From: Rouxiella sp. Mn2063
GTDB taxonomy: Bacteria; Pseudomonadota; Gammaproteobacteria; Enterobacterales; Enterobacteriaceae
Length of the DNA: 24,000 nucleotides
Assembly (NCBI RefSeq): GCF_049319665.1
Contig: NZ_JBMOUD010000021.1
Location: 22,176-46,175, forward strand
Reading direction: 5' to 3'
Shown one piece after another: positions 10,101 through 18,001 of the stretch. Position 1 is the stretch's first letter, and each line of letters starts with the position of its first letter. The translations under genes were made by a program, and so were the position numbers. The notes under the pieces were generated by a model. That model saw only the letters and a program-made list of their open reading frames with translations, had not been told where the DNA came from and did not search any database.

Positions 10101-11332
10101 TGAGTAAGTTTATCGTACTGGTGATCGACAGCTTTGGTATCGGTGAAATGCCCGATGTACCAGAGGTACGCCCGCAGGATATTGGGGCGAATACCTGTGG
10201 CCATATCCTTGAACGCCTGCCGCAACTTAATTTGCCGGTATTGCGCCAACTGGGGCTGATGAATGCGTTGGGCTATGTGGTGGGATGCATGACGCCGTCG
10301 GATTCGGCGACATTTGGCCGCATCGGCTTGCAACATGAAGGCGGCGATACTTTTGTGGGGCATCAGGAGATTATGGGCACGCTGCCGCTGCCTCCACTCA
10401 GCCAGCCGTTTTCGGCGGTGATTGATCGGGTTGAACAGGCATTACAACGTCAAGGCTATATCGTCGAACGCATTACGCTAGATGATCTCAGCTACCTGTG
10501 GGTCAATAACGCGGTGGCTATTGGTGACAACTTAGAGGCTGACGTTGGGCAGGTTTACAATATCAGCGCTAACTTATCGCAAGTCAGCTTTGCCCAAACC
10601 CAAGAAATTGGGCGCTGTGTACGTGCCTGCGTCAAAGTAGGACGAGTGATTGCTTTCGGCGGTGAAATTGACGATAGCAGCGCTATCCGCGCGGCGGCTG
10701 AAGTTCGTGATGGTAAATATATTGGGATTAACTCTCCGCGCTCAGGTTTGTATCGGCATAACTTCCAGGTCGTGCATCTGGGATACGGTGTTGACCCGCA
10801 AACCCAGGTGCCAGCTCAGCTGGATACATTGGGTATCAAGACGGTATTAGTGGGTAAAGTAGCGGATATTGTCAGCAATTCACAAGGGCGTAGTTACCCG
10901 CAGCTAGTTGATTCTCAGACTATTCTTGATATTACTCTTGATGAGATTCGCACGCCGGGTGATACCTTTATCTGTACTAACATTCAGGAAACCGATCTTG
11001 CCGGTCATGCTGAAGATGTTGAACGTTATGCCGATCGTTTACAGGTGGTGGACCGTGCATTAGCTCAATTTATCGAGGCGATGCAGCCGGAGGATATGCT
11101 GGTGGTGATTGCCGATCACGGTAATGATCCGACCATCGGACACAGTCGCCATACTCGGGAACAGGTACCGCTGCTGGTTTATCAGCATAATCTGGCTCCG
11201 ACAAGTCTTGGCTGGCGTACTACGCTTTCAGACGTAGGTGCCAGTGCTTGTGATTTCTTCGGCGCGCCGATGCCACAAAACGGCCGCTCATTCTTACCTT
11301 TGCTGTCGCCAACACCGGGGAAACTATCATGA
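10100..11332 (+). CDS. yhfW: YhfW-like phosphopentomutase/alkaline-phosphatase-superfamily metalloenzyme
   Basis: 410 aa from ATG 10100 (the track ORF begins one codon earlier at GTG 10097). Motifs [14 protein letters not shown] and [10 protein letters not shown] are typical of metal-dependent phosphomutases. Position matches E. coli yhfW. Confidence 0.82.
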   Translation: MSKFIVLVIDSFGIGEMPDVPEVRPQDIGANTCGHILERLPQLNLPVLRQLGLMNALGYVVGCMTPSDSATFGRIGLQHEGGDTFVGHQEIMGTLPLPPLSQPFSAVIDRVEQALQRQGYIVERITLDDLSYLWVNNAVAIGDNLEADVGQVYNISANLSQVSFAQTQEIGRCVRACVKVGRVIAFGGEIDDSSAIRAAAEVRDGKYIGINSPRSGLYRHNFQVVHLGYGVDPQTQVPAQLDTLGIKTVLVGKVADIVSNSQGRSYPQLVDSQTILDITLDEIRTPGDTFICTNIQETDLAGHAEDVERYADRLQVVDRALAQFIEAMQPEDMLVVIADHGNDPTIGHSRHTREQVPLLVYQHNLAPTSLGWRTTLSDVGASACDFFGAPMPQNGRSFLPLLSPTPGKLS

Positions 11333-12219
11333 TCAATCCGCAGGGCTATACCTACGCGCATGAGCATTTGCATATCGATTTGTCCGGTTTCAAAGACAAT
11401 ATCGATTGCCGACTGGACCAATACCAACCGCTCTGCGATGAGATGCGTGCTCTGGTCGCAAATGGCGTATTCAATATTGTCGAAGTCACTAACCGTTATA
11501 TGGGGCGTAATGCCCAATTCATGCTCGATTTGATGCGTGATACCGGGATTAATGTGCTGGCCTCAACCGGTTATTACACCGATAGTTTCTACCCTGATCA
11601 TGTGCGCGGCATGAGTGCACAGCAGTTGGCGGCGGAGATGATAGACGAGATTGAAAATGGTCTTGATGGGACGGCGTTAAAACCTTGTGTGATCGCCGAG
11701 ATCGGCACCAGTGAAAATCGCGTTACCGATGATGAAGCCAAAATGTTCCATGCTGCGGCGTTGGCGCATCACGCGACCGGCTTACCGATTTCGACCCACA
11801 CTAGCTTTAGCACTATGGGCGCGGAACAGATTGTGTTGCTGGAAAAACATGGCGTTGATTTAGAGCGTGTGGTGATCGGTCATTGTGATCTGAAAGACGA
11901 TCTCGCACAGATCCTGCATATGCTCGATAAAGGCGCCTATGTGCAGTTTGATACTATCGGTAAAAACAGCTACTTCCCTGACACGCGGCGCGTTGAGATG
12001 TTACAAGCCCTGATTGAACGCGGGTTTGGTAATAAAATCATGTTGTCGATGGATATCACTCGTCGTTCTCACCTACAGGCTAACGGCGGTATTGGCTTCA
12101 ATTATTTGGTCGATACCTTTGTACCAATGTTACTGACTGCCGGCATCAGCCAACAACAGGTTGATACCTTGCTACGCGATAACCCGGCAGTATTTTTCGG
12201 CGGTTCGGCTTCACTCTGA
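11329..12219 (+). CDS. php: Phosphotriesterase homology protein (amidohydrolase superfamily), natural substrate unknown
   Basis: 296 aa collinear with E. coli Php/YhfV as recalled. Shared segments: [61 protein letters not shown]. HxH metal motif present. The start overlaps the yhfW stop (ATGA). Confidence 0.92.
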   Translation: MINPQGYTYAHEHLHIDLSGFKDNIDCRLDQYQPLCDEMRALVANGVFNIVEVTNRYMGRNAQFMLDLMRDTGINVLASTGYYTDSFYPDHVRGMSAQQLAAEMIDEIENGLDGTALKPCVIAEIGTSENRVTDDEAKMFHAAALAHHATGLPISTHTSFSTMGAEQIVLLEKHGVDLERVVIGHCDLKDDLAQILHMLDKGAYVQFDTIGKNSYFPDTRRVEMLQALIERGFGNKIMLSMDITRRSHLQANGGIGFNYLVDTFVPMLLTAGISQQQVDTLLRDNPAVFFGGSASL

Positions 12220-12288
12220 CGTTATTGAGTACATCTGGTTATTTCGGGCTATTCCCGATAAGTATTCGGACTACATAGGAAAATAATA

Positions 12289-12642
12289 ATGAAAAAGATC
12301 GGTATTGCAGGACTCCAACGTGAACAAATTCAAAAACTGGTTGAGCAGACCGCGCCTGGTGAGTTTGAGTGTCACATCCTCACTGATATGGATGCCGCGG
12401 CAAAAGTGAAAAAGGGCGAGCTAGATTATTACATCGGTGCCTGTAATACCGGTGCGGGTGCTGCGCTATCGATGGCGATAGCCATTATTGGCTACAACAA
12501 ATGCGCCACTATTGCCAAGCCAGGGATTCAGGCCAAAGCCGACCAGATTGCCAAGTTTATTGCCGAAGGCAAAGTGGCATTTGGTTTATCCGTTGAGCAT
12601 GTGGAACACGCGGTTCCCTTGCTGACTGCCCAGCTCCGTTGA
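12289..12642 (+). CDS. yhfU: YhfU-like small soluble protein (DUF2620-type) with a Cys-containing glycine-rich loop
   Basis: 117 aa, the same length I recall for E. coli YhfU. Position matches E. coli yhfU. Loop YYIGACNTGAGAALS, with Cys52 at codon 12442-12444. Confidence 0.78.
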   Translation: MKKIGIAGLQREQIQKLVEQTAPGEFECHILTDMDAAAKVKKGELDYYIGACNTGAGAALSMAIAIIGYNKCATIAKPGIQAKADQIAKFIAEGKVAFGLSVEHVEHAVPLLTAQLR

Positions 12643-12658
12643 CAGTGAGATAATCACG

Positions 12659-13951
12659 ATGGACTACATACATATTATTGTCGTTGCGCTGCTTACCGGT
12701 ATGACGGCGTTGCTGGCGCACAAATCTGTCGCGGTTTTCCATGATGGTATCCGGCCGATTTTGCCTCAGTTGGTCGAGGGAAATATGAGCCGCCGCGAAG
12801 CAGGCAGCATCGCTTTTGGACTCAGCGTTGGCTTTATTGCTTCGGTAGGTATCTCTTTTACCTTATCTACGGGTTTGCTCAACTCTTGGTTGCTGTTCCT
12901 GTCTACCGATATTATCGGCGTGCTGGCGGTGAATATCTATCTGGCGTTTGGCCTTGGCGCGCTGTGGGGCGTGCTGGTGTTTACCAGCCTGCCTGCGGTG
13001 AACAGTGTATTGACTTCACTACCGGTCAACTTTATCGGTTCATTGGGTGAGCTGAGTTCGCCGGTGATTTCTGCCTTTGCGCTGTTCCCACTGGTGGCGA
13101 TTTTCTACCAGTTTGGCTGGAAATCCGCGGTGTTCTCCTCATTAGTCGTGGTGCTAACACGTTTGTTGATCGTGAAATTCACCAAGCTCTCGCCGGAATC
13201 TATCGAGATTTTCGTCGGCATGATTATGTTGATCGGTATTGCGATAGTGAAAGATGTACGCGCTAAAGCTCATCTTGGTGGGGGCGGTGAGTCGATGTTT
13301 GAAGAGCGAACATCACGCATCATTAAAAACCTACCGCTTATCGCTATCGTCGGAGCCTTGATCTCCGCGGTTGCTAGCATGAAGTTATTTGGCGGTAGCG
13401 AAGTGTCGATTTATACCTTAGCTAAAGCCTATGCGCCAGGCGTGACGCCTGCTGAATCTACCAGCTTAATTCATCAGGCGGCATTGGCAGAGTTCATGCG
13501 TGGTTTAGGCTTCGTGCCGATGATTGCGACTACCGCATTAGCGACCGGCGTTTATGCCGTTGCCGGTTTCACTTTCGTGTTTGTCGTGGGTTATTTAGTG
13601 CCAAACCCTTGGCTGGCAGCCTTGCTCGGGGCGATTGTCATCAGTTTGGAAGTATTGCTGCTGCGCTCAATTGGCAAGTGGATGGGACGCTTCCCGTCGG
13701 TACGTAATGCCTCCGATAATATTCGTAATGCCATGAATTTGTTGATGGAGTACGCTTTATTAATCGGCGCCATTTTTGCCTCGATCAAAATGGCAGGCTA
13801 TACCGGCTTTACCATGACGACGGCGATCTACTTCCTTAATGAAGCGATGGGTCGACCGGTGTTGAAAATTGCCGCTCCGGTCGTTGCCGTTATTATCACA
13901 GGTATTGTGCTTAACCTGTGCTTCTGGGCGGCGATCTTCATTCCTGCTTAA
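12659..13951 (+). CDS. yhfT: YhfT-like polytopic inner-membrane protein (putative transporter)
   Basis: 430 aa and strongly hydrophobic throughout, with roughly 10-12 membrane spans by eye. Size and position match E. coli YhfT. Confidence 0.82.
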   Translation: MDYIHIIVVALLTGMTALLAHKSVAVFHDGIRPILPQLVEGNMSRREAGSIAFGLSVGFIASVGISFTLSTGLLNSWLLFLSTDIIGVLAVNIYLAFGLGALWGVLVFTSLPAVNSVLTSLPVNFIGSLGELSSPVISAFALFPLVAIFYQFGWKSAVFSSLVVVLTRLLIVKFTKLSPESIEIFVGMIMLIGIAIVKDVRAKAHLGGGGESMFEERTSRIIKNLPLIAIVGALISAVASMKLFGGSEVSIYTLAKAYAPGVTPAESTSLIHQAALAEFMRGLGFVPMIATTALATGVYAVAGFTFVFVVGYLVPNPWLAALLGAIVISLEVLLLRSIGKWMGRFPSVRNASDNIRNAMNLLMEYALLIGAIFASIKMAGYTGFTMTTAIYFLNEAMGRPVLKIAAPVVAVIITGIVLNLCFWAAIFIPA

Positions 13952-13973
13952 GTTGGAATGTTGGTCGTTAAAG

Positions 13974-14009
13974 AAAGAAAGGCGCGGAATAAAATCCGCG
14001 CCTTTCTTT
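13974..14009. terminator. Bidirectional intrinsic terminator between yhfT and loiP
   Basis: AAAGAAAGGCGCGGA (13974-13988), loop ATAAAA, TCCGCGCCTTTCTTT (13995-14009): a 15-bp perfect stem. T-run on the plus side and A-run (T-run on the minus strand) on the other side. Confidence 0.85.
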
Positions 14010-14047
14010 TACCACGATGGTTTAGCCGTCAGAGAGATATCCTCTGA

Positions 14048-14800
14048 TTACTTACCGCTGGCGATACGATCGCGGATATGCTGAGCGCGCGCCTGTGAAG
14101 CTGGGTGATCGGCAAACACGCTACTCTCATTACCGCCTTCCAGTTTTGCGAGCTTTTCAAAACTGGTTGCCAGGCCTGTTGGATCAATACCGCGTTTTTT
14201 CAGCAGATCGAAAGAGTAATCATCGGCTTGGGATTCTTGCTTTTGCGAGAACTGAGCGTTGACGAGCTTCTCGCCTAAATCTGCCAGTTGTGACTGGGAA
14301 AGGCTGGCGCTGATGCCGCCCAGTGAAGAGGCGGCAGTACGCGCCGCGGTTGCAGCGTAGGCGACTTGCATGGCTTTACGAGTGTGGCCCAATGCAACGT
14401 GGCCCATTTCGTGGCCCAGTACGCCTTCGACTTCATTATCATTCATCATATCCATCAGCCCGCTATAGACGCGAATACAGCCGTTGGCCATCGCCCAAGC
14501 GTTAACATCTTTGGTGAGATAAACTTTATAGTTAGCCGGCTGCCCGTTGATGTTATCACCCAGAGCCGCGGAGATTTTTTGTAGACGCTGTGCATATTCA
14601 CTGTTAGCTGGCGCGATTTGTGCTTTTGCATCCATTTCAGCGCAAGATTTCTCGCTGAGCGTTTTAACATCAGCGTCAGTTAGTGTGGCCGCTTGATAAG
14701 CTTGTGCACCTGATTGCATTAAACTGTCAGCATTCAGATTGGCGCAACCTGATACTAAAGATACAAGGCCCAGAGTAAGTAAAATTGGTTTTATTTTCAT
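14048..14800 (-). CDS. loiP: M48-family outer-membrane lipoprotein metalloprotease
   Basis: 250 aa. Lipoprotein signal with lipobox LVSG/C. HEMGH zinc motif. Collinear with E. coli LoiP/YggG as recalled (IAPANSEYA.RL, NGCIRVYSGLMDMM.DNEVE, HPAS..RAQHIRDR). Confidence 0.93.
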   Translation of the reverse strand: MKIKPILLTLGLVSLVSGCANLNADSLMQSGAQAYQAATLTDADVKTLSEKSCAEMDAKAQIAPANSEYAQRLQKISAALGDNINGQPANYKVYLTKDVNAWAMANGCIRVYSGLMDMMNDNEVEGVLGHEMGHVALGHTRKAMQVAYAATAARTAASSLGGISASLSQSQLADLGEKLVNAQFSQKQESQADDYSFDLLKKRGIDPTGLATSFEKLAKLEGGNESSVFADHPASQARAQHIRDRIASGK

Positions 14801-14938
14801 CTGATTTCCTTCCTGGAAATAGTTAATAAATAGGTTAAAAAGTTGAAACTGATAACTGCTGCGTAAGGGTAGGCTTTTGGCGCGCTGCGATCTATAGTGG
14901 ATGCCTGAAAACGCTTAGCTATTTAGTAGAAAGTTTAT

Positions 14939-15000
14939 CCCGATAAGCCTGACTTTTGTGCATTTTGGGTCTGATTGACCGAATAATCAGGCTTACCGGG
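14939..15000. repeat. 14-bp inverted repeat (13/14 paired) with a 34-nt spacer in the loiP-tktA divergent intergenic region
   Basis: CCCGATAAGCCTGA (14939-14952) against TCAGGCTTACCGGG (14987-15000). There is one A:C mismatch. Function unknown. Confidence 0.6.
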
Positions 15001-15154
15001 ATAGACTTTACGCATTTCGACTGGTTTGGTGGAGAAACCCTTTGGTTAACCGTCATCGAGTTGGTAACGCGCATTAATAGATATTGCCGATTCAATGTTT
15101 AGTCTGAGAAAATGCAATTCTTGACTGATTTTTTAATCCGACCTGGAGTAGAAC

Positions 15155-17149
15155 ATGTCCTCTCGTAAAGAGCTTGCGAACGCTATTCGCGCACTTAGTA
15201 TGGATGCCGTGCAGAAAGCAAAATCTGGCCACCCTGGTGCCCCAATGGGCATGGCGGACATCGCCGAAGTGTTATGGCGCGACTACCTGAACCATAACCC
15301 GACCAACCCACACTGGGCAGACCGCGACCGCTTCGTGCTGTCTAACGGCCACGGTTCTATGCTGATTTACAGCCTGCTGCACCTCACTGGTTACGCGCTG
15401 CCAATCAAAGAACTGGAAAACTTCCGTCAACTGCATTCTAAAACTCCAGGTCACCCAGAATACGGCTACACCCCAGGTGTTGAAACCACCACGGGCCCAT
15501 TGGGTCAGGGTATTGCTAACGCCGTAGGTTTTGCTATCGCAGAACGTACGCTGGCTGCACAGTTCAATAAACCAGGCCACGACATCGTTGACCACCACAC
15601 CTACGCGTTCCTGGGTGACGGTTGTATGATGGAAGGTATCTCTCACGAAGCCTGTTCACTGGCTGGCACCATGAAACTCGGCAAACTGACCGCGTTTTAT
15701 GATGACAACGGTATCTCTATCGACGGCCACGTAGAAGGCTGGTTCACCGACGATACGGCTGCTCGTTTTGAAGCCTACGGCTGGCACGTTGTGCGCGGTG
15801 TTGATGGTCACAATGCTGATTCCATCAAAGCGGCTATCGAAGACGCCCGTAAAGTAACCGACAAACCTTCCCTGTTGATGTGCAAAACCATCATCGGTTT
15901 CGGTTCGCCAAACAAAGCCGGTACTCACGATTGCCACGGCGCACCGTTGGGTGATGCTGAGATCGCCGCAACTCGCGAAGCGCTGGGCTGGAAATACGCG
16001 CCGTTTGAAATCCCACAGGATATCTACGCACAGTGGGATGCGAAAGAAGCAGGCAAAGCGAAAGAAGCGGCATGGGATGAGAAATTTGCCGCCTATGCAA
16101 AAGCCTTCCCTGAGCTGGCTGCTGAGTTCAAACGCCGTGTGAACGGTGAACTGCCTGCCACCTGGAAAGCTGACGCCAAGAAATTCGTTGAGCACCTGCA
16201 GGCTAACCCGGCGAACATCGCCAGCCGTAAAGCGTCACAAAACGCGCTGGAAGCCTTCGGTAAAGTGTTGCCTGAATTCCTCGGCGGCTCTGCTGACCTG
16301 GCACCAAGCAACCTGACCATGTGGTCTGGCTCTAAAGCGTTGAACGACGACGCTGCGGGTAACTACATCCATTACGGCGTGCGTGAATTCGGCATGACCG
16401 CCATCACCAACGGTATCGCGCTGCACGGCGGTTTCCTGCCGTACTCTGCCACCTTCCTGATGTTTGTAGAATACGCGCGTAACGCGGTACGTATGGCGGC
16501 GCTGATGAAACTGCGCAACGTGTTCGTTTACACCCACGACTCTATTGGTCTGGGCGAAGACGGCCCGACGCACCAGCCGGTTGAGCAAATCGCCAGCCTG
16601 CGCGTCACGCCAAACATGAGCACCTGGCGTCCTGCTGACCAGGTAGAATCAGCGATTGCCTGGCAGTACGGTATCGAGCGCAACGACGGCCCGACCACGC
16701 TGATTTTCTCTCGTCAGAACCTGACCCAGCAGCCACGTACCGCTGAGCAACTGGCGAACGTGTACCGCGGTGGTTATATTCTGAAAGATTCAGAAGGCAC
16801 CCCGGACGTTATCCTGATTGCGACCGGTTCAGAAGTGGGTATCACTGTTGAAGCCGCTGACAAACTGGCCGCTGCGGGCACCAAAGTGCGCGTGGTGTCT
16901 ATGCCGTCTACCGACGCTTTCGACAAACAAGACGCCGCTTACCGCGAGTCTGTGCTGCCAGCAGCCGTGACTGCTCGCGTGGCGATTGAAGCGGGTATCG
17001 CTGATGCATGGTACAAATACGTTGGCCTGAATGGTGCCATCATTGGGATGACCACCTTCGGTGAGTCGGCGCCTGCGGAGCTGCTGTTCGAAGAGTTCGG
17101 TTTCACCGTAGAGAATATTGTTGCTAAGGCGCAAGGCTTACTGAAATAA
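15155..17149 (+). CDS. tktA: Transketolase
   Basis: 664 aa. The N-terminus is almost identical to E. coli TktA as recalled ([41 protein letters not shown]). ThDP motif [12 protein letters not shown] Shine-Dalgarno at 15143-15146. Confidence 0.98.
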   Translation: MSSRKELANAIRALSMDAVQKAKSGHPGAPMGMADIAEVLWRDYLNHNPTNPHWADRDRFVLSNGHGSMLIYSLLHLTGYALPIKELENFRQLHSKTPGHPEYGYTPGVETTTGPLGQGIANAVGFAIAERTLAAQFNKPGHDIVDHHTYAFLGDGCMMEGISHEACSLAGTMKLGKLTAFYDDNGISIDGHVEGWFTDDTAARFEAYGWHVVRGVDGHNADSIKAAIEDARKVTDKPSLLMCKTIIGFGSPNKAGTHDCHGAPLGDAEIAATREALGWKYAPFEIPQDIYAQWDAKEAGKAKEAAWDEKFAAYAKAFPELAAEFKRRVNGELPATWKADAKKFVEHLQANPANIASRKASQNALEAFGKVLPEFLGGSADLAPSNLTMWSGSKALNDDAAGNYIHYGVREFGMTAITNGIALHGGFLPYSATFLMFVEYARNAVRMAALMKLRNVFVYTHDSIGLGEDGPTHQPVEQIASLRVTPNMSTWRPADQVESAIAWQYGIERNDGPTTLIFSRQNLTQQPRTAEQLANVYRGGYILKDSEGTPDVILIATGSEVGITVEAADKLAAAGTKVRVVSMPSTDAFDKQDAAYRESVLPAAVTARVAIEAGIADAWYKYVGLNGAIIGMTTFGESAPAELLFEEFGFTVENIVAKAQGLLK

Positions 17150-17174
17150 GTTTCGCGTTTCACGCACGTTAAAA

Positions 17175-17211
17175 ATGCCTGGTCAGAGAATGCTGACCGG
17201 GCATTTTTTTT
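17175..17211 (+). terminator. tktA intrinsic terminator
   Basis: ATGCCTGGTCAG (17175-17186), loop AGAATG, CTGACCGGGCAT (17193-17204): a 12-bp stem with one G:U pair. T8 (17204-17211) follows. A second small hairpin, AACGCTT/AAGCGTT, lies at 17212-17230. Confidence 0.85.
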
Positions 17212-17240
17212 AACGCTTTTGCGAAGCGTTGATATCGCTA

Positions 17241-17300
17241 TTTAAAACCGGAACGGTGTAATGTTCGGTTGAGGAAGCAATGACCGTTGCTTTAGCGGTT
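17241..17300. repeat. 60-bp repeat unit, left full copy (L1)
   Basis: Its reverse complement matches 17883-17942 at 56 of 60 positions (hand count). The next unit starts exactly 60 nt later (TTTAAAA at 17241 and at 17301). Confidence 0.9.
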
Positions 17301-17587
17301 TTTAAAATCAGAACAGTGTAATTTTCGGTTCTTCAAATGTAGTGTTCAATGTAGCTTCATAGACCGAACCGCCGAAAGGAGGCTGGCCGCCCCCTTTGCG
17401 AATCCCGGGCCTTTTCAAACTTTTATATCGAGTCCAGCGGAGGCCATGTTTCAGGGGGCTTCCGTTATAGCGCAAATGCCAGCCCTCCGGGCTTCCCGCC
17501 TGCGGGTTCAAGCCAACGATAATTCCATTGTCTTTCACCACTCCGACGGTGGCATTTTGAGTGCGCTTAGCGGCTTTTAAGGTCAAA
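17301..17587 (-). repeat. Left arm of the large imperfect palindrome (candidate structured RNA read on the minus strand)
   Basis: It begins with a half repeat unit (17301-17330). Its reverse complement aligns with 17601-17882 through a chain of mirror-image anchors. It contains hairpins at 17375-17397 and 17481-17493. Confidence 0.75.
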
Positions 17588-17600
17588 GGCAGAAGCAGTT

Positions 17601-17882
17601 TTTGACGTTAAAAAAGCCTGGTGGCGCACTCAAAATTTCACTGACGAGTGGTGGAGAGACGGCAAAGCTGGCTCGAACCCGAAGGAAGGCATGGCGGAGC
17701 CATGAAATTTGCGCCTGTCGCTGTGGCACCTGAAACATAGCCTAATTGGAATGAGATATAACACCATGAAAAGGCGCAGGATTGTAAAGGAACGCGCCTT
17801 CGTTCCTTTACTCGGTTTAGGCTGCACGGCAGCATTGAACGCCGTACTTCGGAAACCGAAAAATCACCGTACTGGTTTTAAA
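17601..17882 (+). repeat. Right arm of the large imperfect palindrome (candidate structured RNA read on the plus strand)
   Basis: It is a diverged inverted copy of the left arm. It contains hairpins at 17690-17704 and 17784-17811 and ends with a half repeat unit (17853-17882). Confidence 0.75.
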
Positions 17883-17942
17883 AACCGCCAAAGCAACGGT
17901 CATTGCTTCCTCAACCGAACATTACACCGTTCTAGTTTTACA
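17883..17942. repeat. 60-bp repeat unit, right full copy (R2)
   Basis: 56/60 identical to the reverse complement of 17241-17300. Confidence 0.9.
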
Positions 17943-17943
17943 A

Positions 17944-18001
17944 AACCGCTAAAGCACGGTTATTGCTTCCCCACTGAAATACTCACCGCTCTGGTTTTAA
18001 A
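17944..18001. repeat. 60-bp repeat unit, diverged third copy (R3), tandem to R2
   Basis: It has the same ends as R2 (AACCGCTAAAGCA...GGTTTTAAA) and roughly three quarters identity by eye. It has no mirror partner on the left side. Confidence 0.75.

Noticed and set aside
17308-17586. 92-codon ORF on the minus strand inside the left palindrome arm (possible small protein)
   Set aside because: It opens with TTG and has no ATG, no internal Met and no Shine-Dalgarno. Its product is G/K/R/P-rich and low in complexity. Its N-terminus lies inside a long stem region. Its mirror copy on the right arm has an in-frame TGA and frame-shifting indels. I kept it as an alternative hypothesis in the palindrome finding and did not call it as a CDS.
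17639-17680. CACTGACGAG resembles the hammerhead ribozyme CUGANGA core
   Set aside because: I could not build the required stem II followed by GAAA, nor a stem III with an NUH cleavage site. Only the heptamer matches.
17670-17684. GGCTCGAACCC / rc GGGTTCGAGCC resembles a tRNA T-arm
   Set aside because: The flanking bases do not form a T-stem. No acceptor, D or anticodon arms could be drawn on either strand.
17771-17811. Interleaved pairings AAGGCGC(17771-17777)/GCGCCTT(17794-17800) and GTAAAGGAAC/GTTCCTTTAC, suggesting an H-type pseudoknot
   Set aside because: The second pairing partner occupies essentially the whole 8-nt loop of a 10-bp hairpin and leaves a 1-nt connecting loop, which is sterically implausible. 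The left arm offers only a 4-bp GGCC/GGCC equivalent. It may be an alternative structure, but that is not supportable from one sequence.
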